Positions 50,050 through 59,063 of a DNA stretch of 64,000 nt are shown here, one piece after another. This DNA comes from Candidatus Cloacimonadales bacterium (GTDB taxonomy: Bacteria > Cloacimonadota > Cloacimonadia > Cloacimonadales > JAFGVF01). The notes below the pieces were generated by a model, which saw nothing but the letters and a program-made list of their open reading frames with translations, searched no databases and was not told the origin of the DNA. A program made the position numbers and the translations under genes. Position 1 is the stretch's first letter; the number at the start of each line of letters is the position of its first letter. The stretch covers positions 1,440,001 to 1,504,000 of the forward strand of contig CAXXJV010000001.1 in the NCBI GenBank assembly GCA_963663475.2, given 5' to 3'.

Positions 50050-50814
50050 ATGAATAATCAAGAAATTATAAAAATAATAGATTTACATAAGAACTATATT
50101 GTTGGTAATCAAACAATAAGGGCTTTAGATGGAATCAATCTAACAGTCAATAAAGGTGATTTCGTTGCTATCATGGGCTCAAGCGGTTCTGGTAAATCAA
50201 CACTACTTAATATATTGGGATGTTTAGATTTACCATCTTCAGGAGATTACCTTCTTGATGGTTTAAATGTAAAAAGTCTAAATAAAAATAAATTAGCTGA
50301 AATAAGAAATCAAAAACTTGGCTTTGTTTTTCAATCTTATAATCTCTTACCTAGAACAACAGCTATAGAAAATGTTGAGCTACCCCTACTTTATAACCCT
50401 TCAATAAGTAATGCTGAACGAAAAGATAGAGCAGAGCAAGCATTAATATCAGTAGGACTTAAAGAGAGAATGCAACATTTGTCTAATCAAATGTCAGGTG
50501 GTCAACAACAAAGAGTAGCTATAGCTAGATCGATGGTTTCTAATCCTGTGGTTATATTTGCTGATGAAGCTACAGGTAATCTTGATACTAAAACTTCCTA
50601 CGAGATTATGGATCTATTCCAAGAATTAAATAGGAATGGTATGACAATTTGCTTTGTAACTCACGAAACTGACATTGCTGCTTTTACTAAACGTAATGTA
50701 GTTTTTCTCGATGGTAAAATAGTGGAGGATAAAATTAATAAAAAGGTTCAAAATGTAACAGATGCTTTGAACAGAACATTAGCAAATCAACCTAATTCCG
50801 AAACAGGACTATAA
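50050..50814 (+). CDS. MacB-type ABC transporter ATP-binding protein
   Basis: GSSGSGKST, FVFQSYNL, MSGGQQQRVAIAR, DEATGNLD. Confidence 0.92.
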   Translation: MNNQEIIKIIDLHKNYIVGNQTIRALDGINLTVNKGDFVAIMGSSGSGKSTLLNILGCLDLPSSGDYLLDGLNVKSLNKNKLAEIRNQKLGFVFQSYNLLPRTTAIENVELPLLYNPSISNAERKDRAEQALISVGLKERMQHLSNQMSGGQQQRVAIARSMVSNPVVIFADEATGNLDTKTSYEIMDLFQELNRNGMTICFVTHETDIAAFTKRNVVFLDGKIVEDKINKKVQNVTDALNRTLANQPNSETGL

Positions 50815-50815
50815 A

Positions 50816-52033
50816 ATGAAATTTATGAACATAATAAAAATTGCCCTAACGGCAATTAAACGGAACAAAATGCGTTCTTTTTTAACTATTCTGGGTATTG
50901 TAATTGGTGTAGCTGCCGTAATTGCCATGCTTGCAATTGGTTATGGCTCTAATAATAGTATTCGCGAAACTATATCTTCCATGGGAACAAACTTAATAAA
51001 CATCAGGCCTCTAAGCCCCAATTCTGGTGGAGTTAGGAGAAGCAGTTCAGCCTCTCAAACTTTGAAAGTCGCTGATGTTACTTATTTACAGAATAACAGC
51101 AAATTACTAGATGCTGTCTCCCCTGAGCTAAATGGCAATGGTCAAATAATCTATGGGTCTAATAACTGGCCTACGGATATTTACAGTGGAAATGAAGATT
51201 ATCTCTATATTAAAAAGTATGAAGTTGCAACTGGAAGAGTTTACACAGAAAAAGAGATAAAATTAGCAGCAAAAGTCTGTTTAGTAGGACAAACAGTTAT
51301 TGACAATGTTTTCGGCGATGAAGATCCTTTAGGAAAAGTAATTAGATTTAATAAAATACCTTTTACTGTCATAGGAACTCTAACAGAAAAAGGGAATAAC
51401 ACTTTTGGACAAGATCAAGATGATATGATCCTTGCCCCTTATACAACAGTAATGAAAAGAATATATAGACAAACATTTTTAAGAGCCATTGTTTTATCTG
51501 CTAAATCTGAAGATGCCATAGATACAACTAGCGCTGAAGTTACATCACTATTACGAATATCCCATAAGTTAAAAGATACTGAAGAGGATGATTTCGAATT
51601 AAAAACACAGGAAGAGTTAATTAGCAACTTTTCATCTGTTTCAGAAATGATGCTAGTTCTTTTAGGTTCAATAGCGGCAATTTCTTTGGTTGTTGGTGGT
51701 ATTGGAATTATGAACGTGATGTATATGTCAGTTACAGAACGTACAAGAGAAATAGGTTTAAGGATGGCTCTTGGTGGCAAAAGCAAAGACATCTTAAAAC
51801 AGTTCTTATTTGAAGCTTTACTACTAAGTATTCTCGGTGGTATAATTGGTATTTTAGTCGGTATTTTCTCTTCCTCTATTGTAGAACATTTGCTAGGATG
51901 GCCTGTGCTAGTAACTACTAATTCAATACTGCTTTCTTTCTTGTTCTGTACTTTTATCGGAGTATTTTTTGGCTGGTATCCGGCTCGGAAAGCTTCATCT
52001 CTTAATCCCATCGATGCTTTAAGACATGAATAA
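50816..52033 (+). CDS. MacB/FtsX-type ABC permease
   Basis: RSFLTILGIVIGV, GGIGIMN.M..SVTERTREIG, YPARKAS.LNPIDALR. Confidence 0.92.
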   Translation: MKFMNIIKIALTAIKRNKMRSFLTILGIVIGVAAVIAMLAIGYGSNNSIRETISSMGTNLINIRPLSPNSGGVRRSSSASQTLKVADVTYLQNNSKLLDAVSPELNGNGQIIYGSNNWPTDIYSGNEDYLYIKKYEVATGRVYTEKEIKLAAKVCLVGQTVIDNVFGDEDPLGKVIRFNKIPFTVIGTLTEKGNNTFGQDQDDMILAPYTTVMKRIYRQTFLRAIVLSAKSEDAIDTTSAEVTSLLRISHKLKDTEEDDFELKTQEELISNFSSVSEMMLVLLGSIAAISLVVGGIGIMNVMYMSVTERTREIGLRMALGGKSKDILKQFLFEALLLSILGGIIGILVGIFSSSIVEHLLGWPVLVTTNSILLSFLFCTFIGVFFGWYPARKASSLNPIDALRHE

Positions 52034-52050
52034 AATATTGAGCTATCATT

Positions 52051-52324
52051 AAAGCCAATAATGCACTATTCAATAAAGTTCTACTACACTATCTGGGCTT
52101 ATGCACTAGGATAATAATTTATCTTGACTTGGATTTAACTGTTTACTTAAATTATTATATATACCCAAATAATGCATTAGAACTTGAAAAATAGCACTAT
52201 ATTATTTGCAAGGATAAGTTCCATAATCTCAACTGAAATATATATTATTCAGCTTTCGATTCTGTAACTTATTTTGCTGAAAGAATCTGCATTCTCTTCG
52301 TAAGATTAATGCATCTCAGGGATA
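52051..52324 (+). mobile_element. MITE-like family A: short copy (52051-52100) and degenerate full copy (52163-52324)
   Basis: acccaaataatgca...ttttgctgaaagaatctgca match to the family. Confidence 0.7.
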
Positions 52325-52344
52325 ATTTTAAGGGAAGGAATATT

Positions 52345-53427
52345 ATGAAACTAAACAGAGACTGGGCCATTTCACTTATACCTCACTTTATCGGGTTAAT
52401 TTTTATAGCGATGATACCAATGTTTATTTTTGATGCTTCTGATATCAAAATTAAATTTTGGACTTATAGATTCTATTATCAATTGTTCTTCTTTATTATT
52501 GCTTTTTATGGTAATTACTTATTGATTGTTCCATGGTTTTTCTTTTCAAAGAAAAGAATTAGATTTTTTTTAGCTTTATTATTGTTCTCGTTTGGCTTGC
52601 TTAGTGTTTCACAAATTGTTTCCAAGAAAATGAACTTTTATAACCGTCCTGTGAGAATTGAAAGAGATTCCAGACTTCCTCAAAGTGAAGAAAGAACTAA
52701 TAATTTTTTAGGACTTCATCCTAGGGCTCTTGATGATACCTTCTTTTTGATACTAGTTTTTGGATTTAGTACTGGAATGAGTATCTTGCAAAAAAAGAGA
52801 AAAGATGATCAAGACAGAGAAAAATTAGAAAAAACAAATATAGAAAATGAGCTAGTGATTTTAAAGAATCAAATTAATCCTCATTTTTTTTTCAACTCTT
52901 TGAATAATATTTATGCTTTAATTGATATTGATGGAGAACGAGCTCAAAAATCTATAGAAACACTATCAATATTAATGCGTTATATAATTTATGAATCAAA
53001 TAGTGAAAGAGTAGATATAAAAAAAGAATTTGATTTCTCTAGAAGTTATATTGCCTTAATGAAGCAACGACTTACTTCCAAAGTTAAGCTAACTGTAGAT
53101 ATTAGTGAAGAATTTCCAGATGCTCAAATTCCTCCCCTCTTGTTTATTGCTTTTATAGAAAATTCTTTTAAACATGGTGTTAGTTACAGAGACTCGTCTT
53201 TTATAGATATAAAGCTAAACATAATTGGTAGAACTATAGTCTTCCATTGTATAAATAGTATTCCTACTTCTAATGATAGTCAAAAAACTAAGCAGGGTGG
53301 ATTTGGAATAGCAAATATTAAGAAAAGGCTAGGAATTCTCTACGGAGCTAGAGCTCAATTGACCCTTAATAATAGTGATAACAAATTTGAAGTTAAACTT
53401 AAAATCCCAATTGAGGAAATCTCATGA
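52345..53427 (+). CDS. LytS/YehU-type sensor histidine kinase
   Basis: TM helices, LKNQINPHFFFNSLNNIY, ENSFKHG, GFGIANIKKRL. Confidence 0.9.
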   Translation: MKLNRDWAISLIPHFIGLIFIAMIPMFIFDASDIKIKFWTYRFYYQLFFFIIAFYGNYLLIVPWFFFSKKRIRFFLALLLFSFGLLSVSQIVSKKMNFYNRPVRIERDSRLPQSEERTNNFLGLHPRALDDTFFLILVFGFSTGMSILQKKRKDDQDREKLEKTNIENELVILKNQINPHFFFNSLNNIYALIDIDGERAQKSIETLSILMRYIIYESNSERVDIKKEFDFSRSYIALMKQRLTSKVKLTVDISEEFPDAQIPPLLFIAFIENSFKHGVSYRDSSFIDIKLNIIGRTIVFHCINSIPTSNDSQKTKQGGFGIANIKKRLGILYGARAQLTLNNSDNKFEVKLKIPIEEIS

Positions 53428-54167
53428 ATACTTTAAATAAAATAACTTGCATTGCAATTGATGATGAGCCCCTAGCCTTAGGGTTGATTGTCAGCTACAT
53501 TATTAAAACTCCTATCCTAGAACTTAAAGGACAATTTGATAATCCTATTGATGCTATGGAATTTATCGAACATAATCCTGTGCAATTGCTTTTCTTAGAT
53601 ATTCAGATGCCCGACTTCACAGGAATAAACTTTGCTAAAGTTTTGGAATCTTCTGTCAAAGTAATCTTTACTACTGCCTATGAAAAGTTCGCTGTGGATG
53701 GATTTAAGGTTGATGCTCTTGATTATCTTCTAAAACCAATTTCTTATGATGTCTTCTTAAAATCTGCTAACCGAGCTAAGCAATACTTTCATCTATTAAA
53801 TGGTAGTCAGGACAATCTAGAAGACTCTCATCTAAGATCAAACAATGACTTTCTCTTTGTAAAAGCAGACTCTCAACTAAAACGTATTGAATATAAGAAT
53901 ATTCTCTATTTCGAAGGACTTAAAGATTATATTAAACTCTATTTAAATAATTCAAAGAGCCCTATAGTCTTCCATGCTACTTTAAAAGCTGTTGAAGAAA
54001 AATTACCTACTGGCAATTTTATGAGGACCCATAGATCTTATATAGTTAATCTCGAAAATATTAGAACTATTGAACGTTATCGGATTATCTTTGGCGATAA
54101 GTTTATTCCTATAAGTGAGAAATATAAAGATGCTTTTGATGTATTTGTAAAAAAGAAATTTCTTTAA
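53424..54167 (+). CDS. LytTR-family response regulator
   Basis: IDDEPLA, FLDIQMP, DYLLKP, FMRTHRSYIVN. Confidence 0.92.
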   Translation: MNTLNKITCIAIDDEPLALGLIVSYIIKTPILELKGQFDNPIDAMEFIEHNPVQLLFLDIQMPDFTGINFAKVLESSVKVIFTTAYEKFAVDGFKVDALDYLLKPISYDVFLKSANRAKQYFHLLNGSQDNLEDSHLRSNNDFLFVKADSQLKRIEYKNILYFEGLKDYIKLYLNNSKSPIVFHATLKAVEEKLPTGNFMRTHRSYIVNLENIRTIERYRIIFGDKFIPISEKYKDAFDVFVKKKFL

Positions 54168-54179
54168 CATATTACTTTG

Positions 54180-54620
54180 AATCCAATAATGCAGTTGACC
54201 TTTGGGCATAGTACTACATAATTTCTCCGAATATATTTATTACATGCTTACTTTATGAAATCATCCCCTTTATCTCATTAAAGAAGGAGATTTTGCTAGA
54301 ATAATCTGTACTCTTCAATAAAGTTCTACTAGGCTGTCTGGGATTAACAATATAAGTCAGAATTTCCATAAGTTAGAAATTACTCCAAAGTTGGAACAAA
54401 AATTGAATAAGAAAAAGTGAATAAAATATTATTAACCCAAAAAATGCAGTAGGTCTTTGAGAATAGCACTATATTCTTTTGCAAAAGTAACTTACATAAT
54501 TCTTCCGAATATATATTATATGGGTTGTATGGATGCACCCCATGTGTCCCCCTCAAAGAAGGGGATTTTGCTAAAAGAATCTGCACTCTTCTCTGAAGCT
54601 CTACTGCACCATTTGGGATT
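54180..54620 (+). mobile_element. Two MITE-like family A copies (54180-54345, 54434-54620) with a different internal module
   Basis: Family termini with a cccc...aaagaagg(a/g)ga insert. Confidence 0.75.
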
Positions 54621-54636
54621 AACAAAATGAGGTGCA

Positions 54637-57099
54637 ATGAAGTATTTAAAGCCTATAATTTTTATCATTTGTTTATTAAATATTGTTTCTTTACTGTTTG
54701 GAGATATTGCAAAAAAACAAGATCCTATTGTTTTAAAAGTATTTGAGTTACCTGATCCACGTAAAACAGATGCTTATACCAAATCTAATATAGCTGTTAT
54801 TGAGGCTTTTAAAGAAAAATACCCCTATATTGAGTTGCGTTCTTTTTCTGGGATTCAAATTGAGGGTATGGATTTAGATTCAGGTCCTTTAATGGCAATT
54901 GCTGGAGGGGTAGCTCCAGACATTATGTATGTAAACTTCAGACAAAGTGATACTTATATTCAAAACAATTTCTTATATCCCTTAGATGAATTTATTGAGA
55001 AAGAAGATCCTGAGTTATTAGATTTAAGGGTTGAAAAACCAGTTTGGCAGGTTATTCAGAGAAAGAAGAAAGGTGATAATAAAGAAAAAGTCTGGATGTT
55101 ACCTTATGAAACTTTAGTCAGAATTTTGATGTACCGTAAGGATGTTTTCAAAAGGGCAGGATTAGATCCCAAACAAGCACCCAAGAATTGGCAAGAATTC
55201 AAGGAATATGCCAAGATTCTTAGTGATCCTGCTAATGGTAACTATGGTATAATCTTATCTAGTGGTCCTCAGGCTGCTTATGATTGGCTACCTTTCTTAT
55301 GGGCTGCTGGTGGTGATGCAGTTGAGTATGATGAAGGTAAAGAAGTCTGGCAAGCTAGCTTTGCTAGTCAAGCTGGTCTTACTGCTATGGAGTTTTATCT
55401 TGATCTAACTACTGAAGAGTGGATTGACAGCAATGGCAATAAACAGTATGGTTATGCAATTCGAGAGGGTGATTGGGGTTATATGTGGAAAGATGGTAAG
55501 ATTGGTATGCGGATGGACTATCTTTCTCAGCAGAATATGGCTGGTGAATATGATCCTAATCTCTATGGTTTTGCTCCAAGTCCTGCAGGTCCTTCTGGTA
55601 AGGGAGGAAGTGAAATAAACTGTCGAATGATGGGTATCTTCTCTGAAGCAGGAATTAGTAACAATGCTGGTTTAGGTGATAGAGACCCTGAGAGAGTGAG
55701 AGATGCTGCTTGGAAATATATAAAGTTTTATGATAGTGAAGAAGCTAGAAAGATACGCTTAAAGGTCATGATTGAAAATGGCTATGGCAAGATGCAGAAT
55801 CCAGTATTTCTTAAAAGATATGGTTATGAAGAGTATTTGAAATATGCTCCAGAGGGCTGGCTGGAAACTTTTCAGACTGCTATGCGAGAAGGGAAGCCTG
55901 AACCTTATGGAGATAACTGTCAAAAGGTTTATGAATTTATGACATATCCCTTAGATGAATTGATAAAACTAGACTTAAAAGGCAATTTAGGGAGTAATCA
56001 AGCAGGTAGATCTTCTAAGATTATGTCTGTTTTACAAGCGGCCCAGGAGAGAACAAACCAAGAAATGATAGGTTCTCTTCCTGAAGATGTAAAGATAAAG
56101 CGAGAAAGAATAGCAGGCGTAATTGCTACTTTTATCTTGCTGATTTTTGCCTTCACCCTGTGGAAAGTCTGGAAGATCTTAAGTCCTGAGACCAAGGTTA
56201 AAGGAAAGAAAAACAATAAATACTTATTTTACATTATTATTCTCTTAGCACCAGCAGTTTTGAGTATTCTGCTGTGGAAGTATATTCCTATGATCACAGG
56301 TTCTTTGATGGCAGTTCAAGATTTTAAACTTGTAGGGGATAGTCCTTTTATTGGTTTCGGTAACCTAGCAGAAGTCCTGTTTGATTCAACCTGGTGGGCA
56401 TCAGTGGGGCGAACTCTATATTTTATGGCTTTAAGTTTAGGCTTAGGCTTTTTCCCGCCTATTATCTTAGCTATTCTTCTCCAGGAAGTATCTCGTGGTA
56501 AATTAATCTATCGAATTATCTACTATCTGCCTGCAGTTATTTCAGGAGTAATAGTTATTTATTTGTGGAAATTATTATATTCACCTGGTGATAATGGTGT
56601 TCTTAATCAGCTTTTAATGGCGGTTGGCTTACCAAAGAGTATGTGGATTAGGGATGAATCATTAGCTATGTTATGTGTAGTTTTACCAGGTATTTGGGCT
56701 GGAATGGGACCAGGTTCTCTGATCTATTTAGCAGCCTTAAAAAATATACCCAACGATATGTATGAAGCTGCTGATATTGATGGTGCTGGCTTTTTTGCTA
56801 AGGTAAGACATATTGTTTTACCAAGTTTAAAAGGACTTATCATCATCCAATTTATCGCTGCTTTTATTGTAGCAGCCCAGTCAAGTGACTTTATTTTAAT
56901 TATGACTTTTGGTGGACCTAATGAAGCTACTCGGGTAGCTGATTTACTTATTTTTGAAAAAGCTTATCTATATTTAAAGTTTGGTTTAGCAACAACCATG
57001 GCTTGGATGCTATCTTTACTTATGATGGGCTTTACCATTCTGCAAATTAAATATATCTCTAAGATGGAATTCAGAACAGGAAAGGGAGGAGAAAAATGA
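54637..57099 (+). CDS. Carbohydrate ABC transporter: solute-binding domain fused to permease
   Basis: Signal peptide, SBP-like N-terminus (AIAGGVAPDI, YRKDVF..AGLDP), C-terminal TM domain with EAA loop YEAADIDGA. Confidence 0.85.
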   Translation: MKYLKPIIFIICLLNIVSLLFGDIAKKQDPIVLKVFELPDPRKTDAYTKSNIAVIEAFKEKYPYIELRSFSGIQIEGMDLDSGPLMAIAGGVAPDIMYVNFRQSDTYIQNNFLYPLDEFIEKEDPELLDLRVEKPVWQVIQRKKKGDNKEKVWMLPYETLVRILMYRKDVFKRAGLDPKQAPKNWQEFKEYAKILSDPANGNYGIILSSGPQAAYDWLPFLWAAGGDAVEYDEGKEVWQASFASQAGLTAMEFYLDLTTEEWIDSNGNKQYGYAIREGDWGYMWKDGKIGMRMDYLSQQNMAGEYDPNLYGFAPSPAGPSGKGGSEINCRMMGIFSEAGISNNAGLGDRDPERVRDAAWKYIKFYDSEEARKIRLKVMIENGYGKMQNPVFLKRYGYEEYLKYAPEGWLETFQTAMREGKPEPYGDNCQKVYEFMTYPLDELIKLDLKGNLGSNQAGRSSKIMSVLQAAQERTNQEMIGSLPEDVKIKRERIAGVIATFILLIFAFTLWKVWKILSPETKVKGKKNNKYLFYIIILLAPAVLSILLWKYIPMITGSLMAVQDFKLVGDSPFIGFGNLAEVLFDSTWWASVGRTLYFMALSLGLGFFPPIILAILLQEVSRGKLIYRIIYYLPAVISGVIVIYLWKLLYSPGDNGVLNQLLMAVGLPKSMWIRDESLAMLCVVLPGIWAGMGPGSLIYLAALKNIPNDMYEAADIDGAGFFAKVRHIVLPSLKGLIIIQFIAAFIVAAQSSDFILIMTFGGPNEATRVADLLIFEKAYLYLKFGLATTMAWMLSLLMMGFTILQIKYISKMEFRTGKGGEK

Positions 57100-58964
57100 G
57101 TATAATTGGTAAAGTTGGTAGAAATTCAAAGCGGACAAGACTTCTAAACTTTTCTATTCATTTTGTTCTCATCTTAGGTGCAATTACAATGATCTATCCT
57201 TTCTTGCTAATGATATCCTTCTCTTTTAAAAGTAACGTTGATTCCTCATCTCTAGACCTTATTCCTGCCTTTGTCTATCAAGATGAAGCTCTTTATCAGA
57301 AGTATATTGAAAGTAGATACAATGAAGAGTCTTCTAGGCTAATGGACAATTATCCTGGCTCTTGGATTTCTTTTTCTGAAGTAACCTTACCAGATAATCC
57401 TAATGAAAAAATTTACCAAGAATGGCTTGATTTTCTCCAAACAAACCAAGTAAATCCCTATGAATATTATGTAGCAGAACACTATGGAAGAGGTATTTAT
57501 CCTTACGCCCAAAGGATATTTAGGAAAGAACTCAGAAAAGAAAATAATAATTCCTTAATCGAGTTTAATAAAAAGTATCATACAGGAGCTCAATCTTGGG
57601 AAGAGATAGTGGTTGAAGAGAAAGATATCTATCGGAGAAATTTTGTTTCTTCTACTCAAGGTTATTTAGGAAGATTTAGAAAATTCAAAGTTAATACCCC
57701 TCAGTGGATGAGATATTATGTAAATCCTGAAGGGACTTTCATTAATACAGAGCTTATTCCTAAATATGGCGATGATATTGCTGATTTTAACCAAGCAAAC
57801 TCAACAAATTATCAAGCTTGGTCTGATATTAAAATACCTTCCCAAGTACCTGAAATTGGTAACCCCCTCAGGGATGAATGGATCCACTATACTAAAAAAG
57901 TTATTAATATTAGACATCTCCAAATAAAAGCTGAAGCTCAAAGTGATTTTCAAGCTATGCTTAAAGATAAGTATGATAATATTGCGACTCTTAACAAGAC
58001 TTGGAAAAGTAACTTTAAAGATTTTTCAGTAATCACTATCCCAGACCCTCTACCTGATTCTGGTGCTTTAGTTGAAGATCTTGCTCATTTTATTCAAAAT
58101 ATTGCCCTAGCTGAAGATATTTTTTTAAGATCTATAACAGAGGATTTTCGTTCTCATTTACGAGAAAAATACAAGAGTATAAGTAATCTAAATAATAGTC
58201 TTAATACAAATTATGAAACTTTTGGTGCTATTACATTTCCAATCAATGAGATAGATTACTTTACTTTTTCAGATAGAAAAGCAGAAATTAAAAAAGAATT
58301 TCTTTGGAGAAATTATGCAATGGCCTTAGACCAAATGCTATCTGATACAGGTTCCTTGCAAAATACTGGAATCTATGTCTTGCTATCTATTTTTCTTGCA
58401 ATAACCGTAAATCCATTAGCCGCTTATGCTTTAAGTAGATTTAAACCTCGCTTTTCTTATCAAATTATTCTTCTCTTCATGCTTACTATGGCTTTCCCAG
58501 CTATGGTTATGGGTATTCCTAACTTTCTAATGCTAAAAAATTTGAGTCTGTTAAACACCTTCTGGGCCCTAGTTTTACCTGCTGCTGCCGATGGCTACTT
58601 TATATTCCTTCTTAAAGGTTTCTTTGATAGCCTACCAAGAGAATTATATGAATCTGCCAGTCTAGATGGAGCTGGAGAATTTAGACTCTTCTGGCAGTTT
58701 ACTCTTTATTTGAGCAAACCTATTCTAGCTGTTATTGCCTTAGGTGCTTTTAATGCTGCTTACCGAAACTTTCTCTTTGCTTTCTTAGTCTGCCAAGACC
58801 AATCTATGTGGACTCTTATGGTCCATATTTATGAGTTGATGCAAAGAGCTTCTTCTGGTGTTGGTTATGCTGCCTTAGTGATTGCTGCTATGCCAACATT
58901 AGGAGTATTTATTTTCTTCCAAAGAATTATTATTGAAGGTATTGTCATACCTATGGAGAAATAG
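57096..58964 (+). CDS. Carbohydrate ABC permease with a large repeated extracytoplasmic insertion
   Basis: N-terminal TM helix, ~350-aa soluble insert, C-terminal MalG-like domain with ESASLDGA. Confidence 0.85.
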   Translation: MSIIGKVGRNSKRTRLLNFSIHFVLILGAITMIYPFLLMISFSFKSNVDSSSLDLIPAFVYQDEALYQKYIESRYNEESSRLMDNYPGSWISFSEVTLPDNPNEKIYQEWLDFLQTNQVNPYEYYVAEHYGRGIYPYAQRIFRKELRKENNNSLIEFNKKYHTGAQSWEEIVVEEKDIYRRNFVSSTQGYLGRFRKFKVNTPQWMRYYVNPEGTFINTELIPKYGDDIADFNQANSTNYQAWSDIKIPSQVPEIGNPLRDEWIHYTKKVINIRHLQIKAEAQSDFQAMLKDKYDNIATLNKTWKSNFKDFSVITIPDPLPDSGALVEDLAHFIQNIALAEDIFLRSITEDFRSHLREKYKSISNLNNSLNTNYETFGAITFPINEIDYFTFSDRKAEIKKEFLWRNYAMALDQMLSDTGSLQNTGIYVLLSIFLAITVNPLAAYALSRFKPRFSYQIILLFMLTMAFPAMVMGIPNFLMLKNLSLLNTFWALVLPAAADGYFIFLLKGFFDSLPRELYESASLDGAGEFRLFWQFTLYLSKPILAVIALGAFNAAYRNFLFAFLVCQDQSMWTLMVHIYELMQRASSGVGYAALVIAAMPTLGVFIFFQRIIIEGIVIPMEK

Positions 58965-59063
58965 TCATACTGGCAACGTCTGCGTCTTTGCAGGCAACAA
59001 TCAAAGGTGATTGCTTATAAAGATACTTACAAACAAAGAAATAAAATAATAAAGGAATAGATT

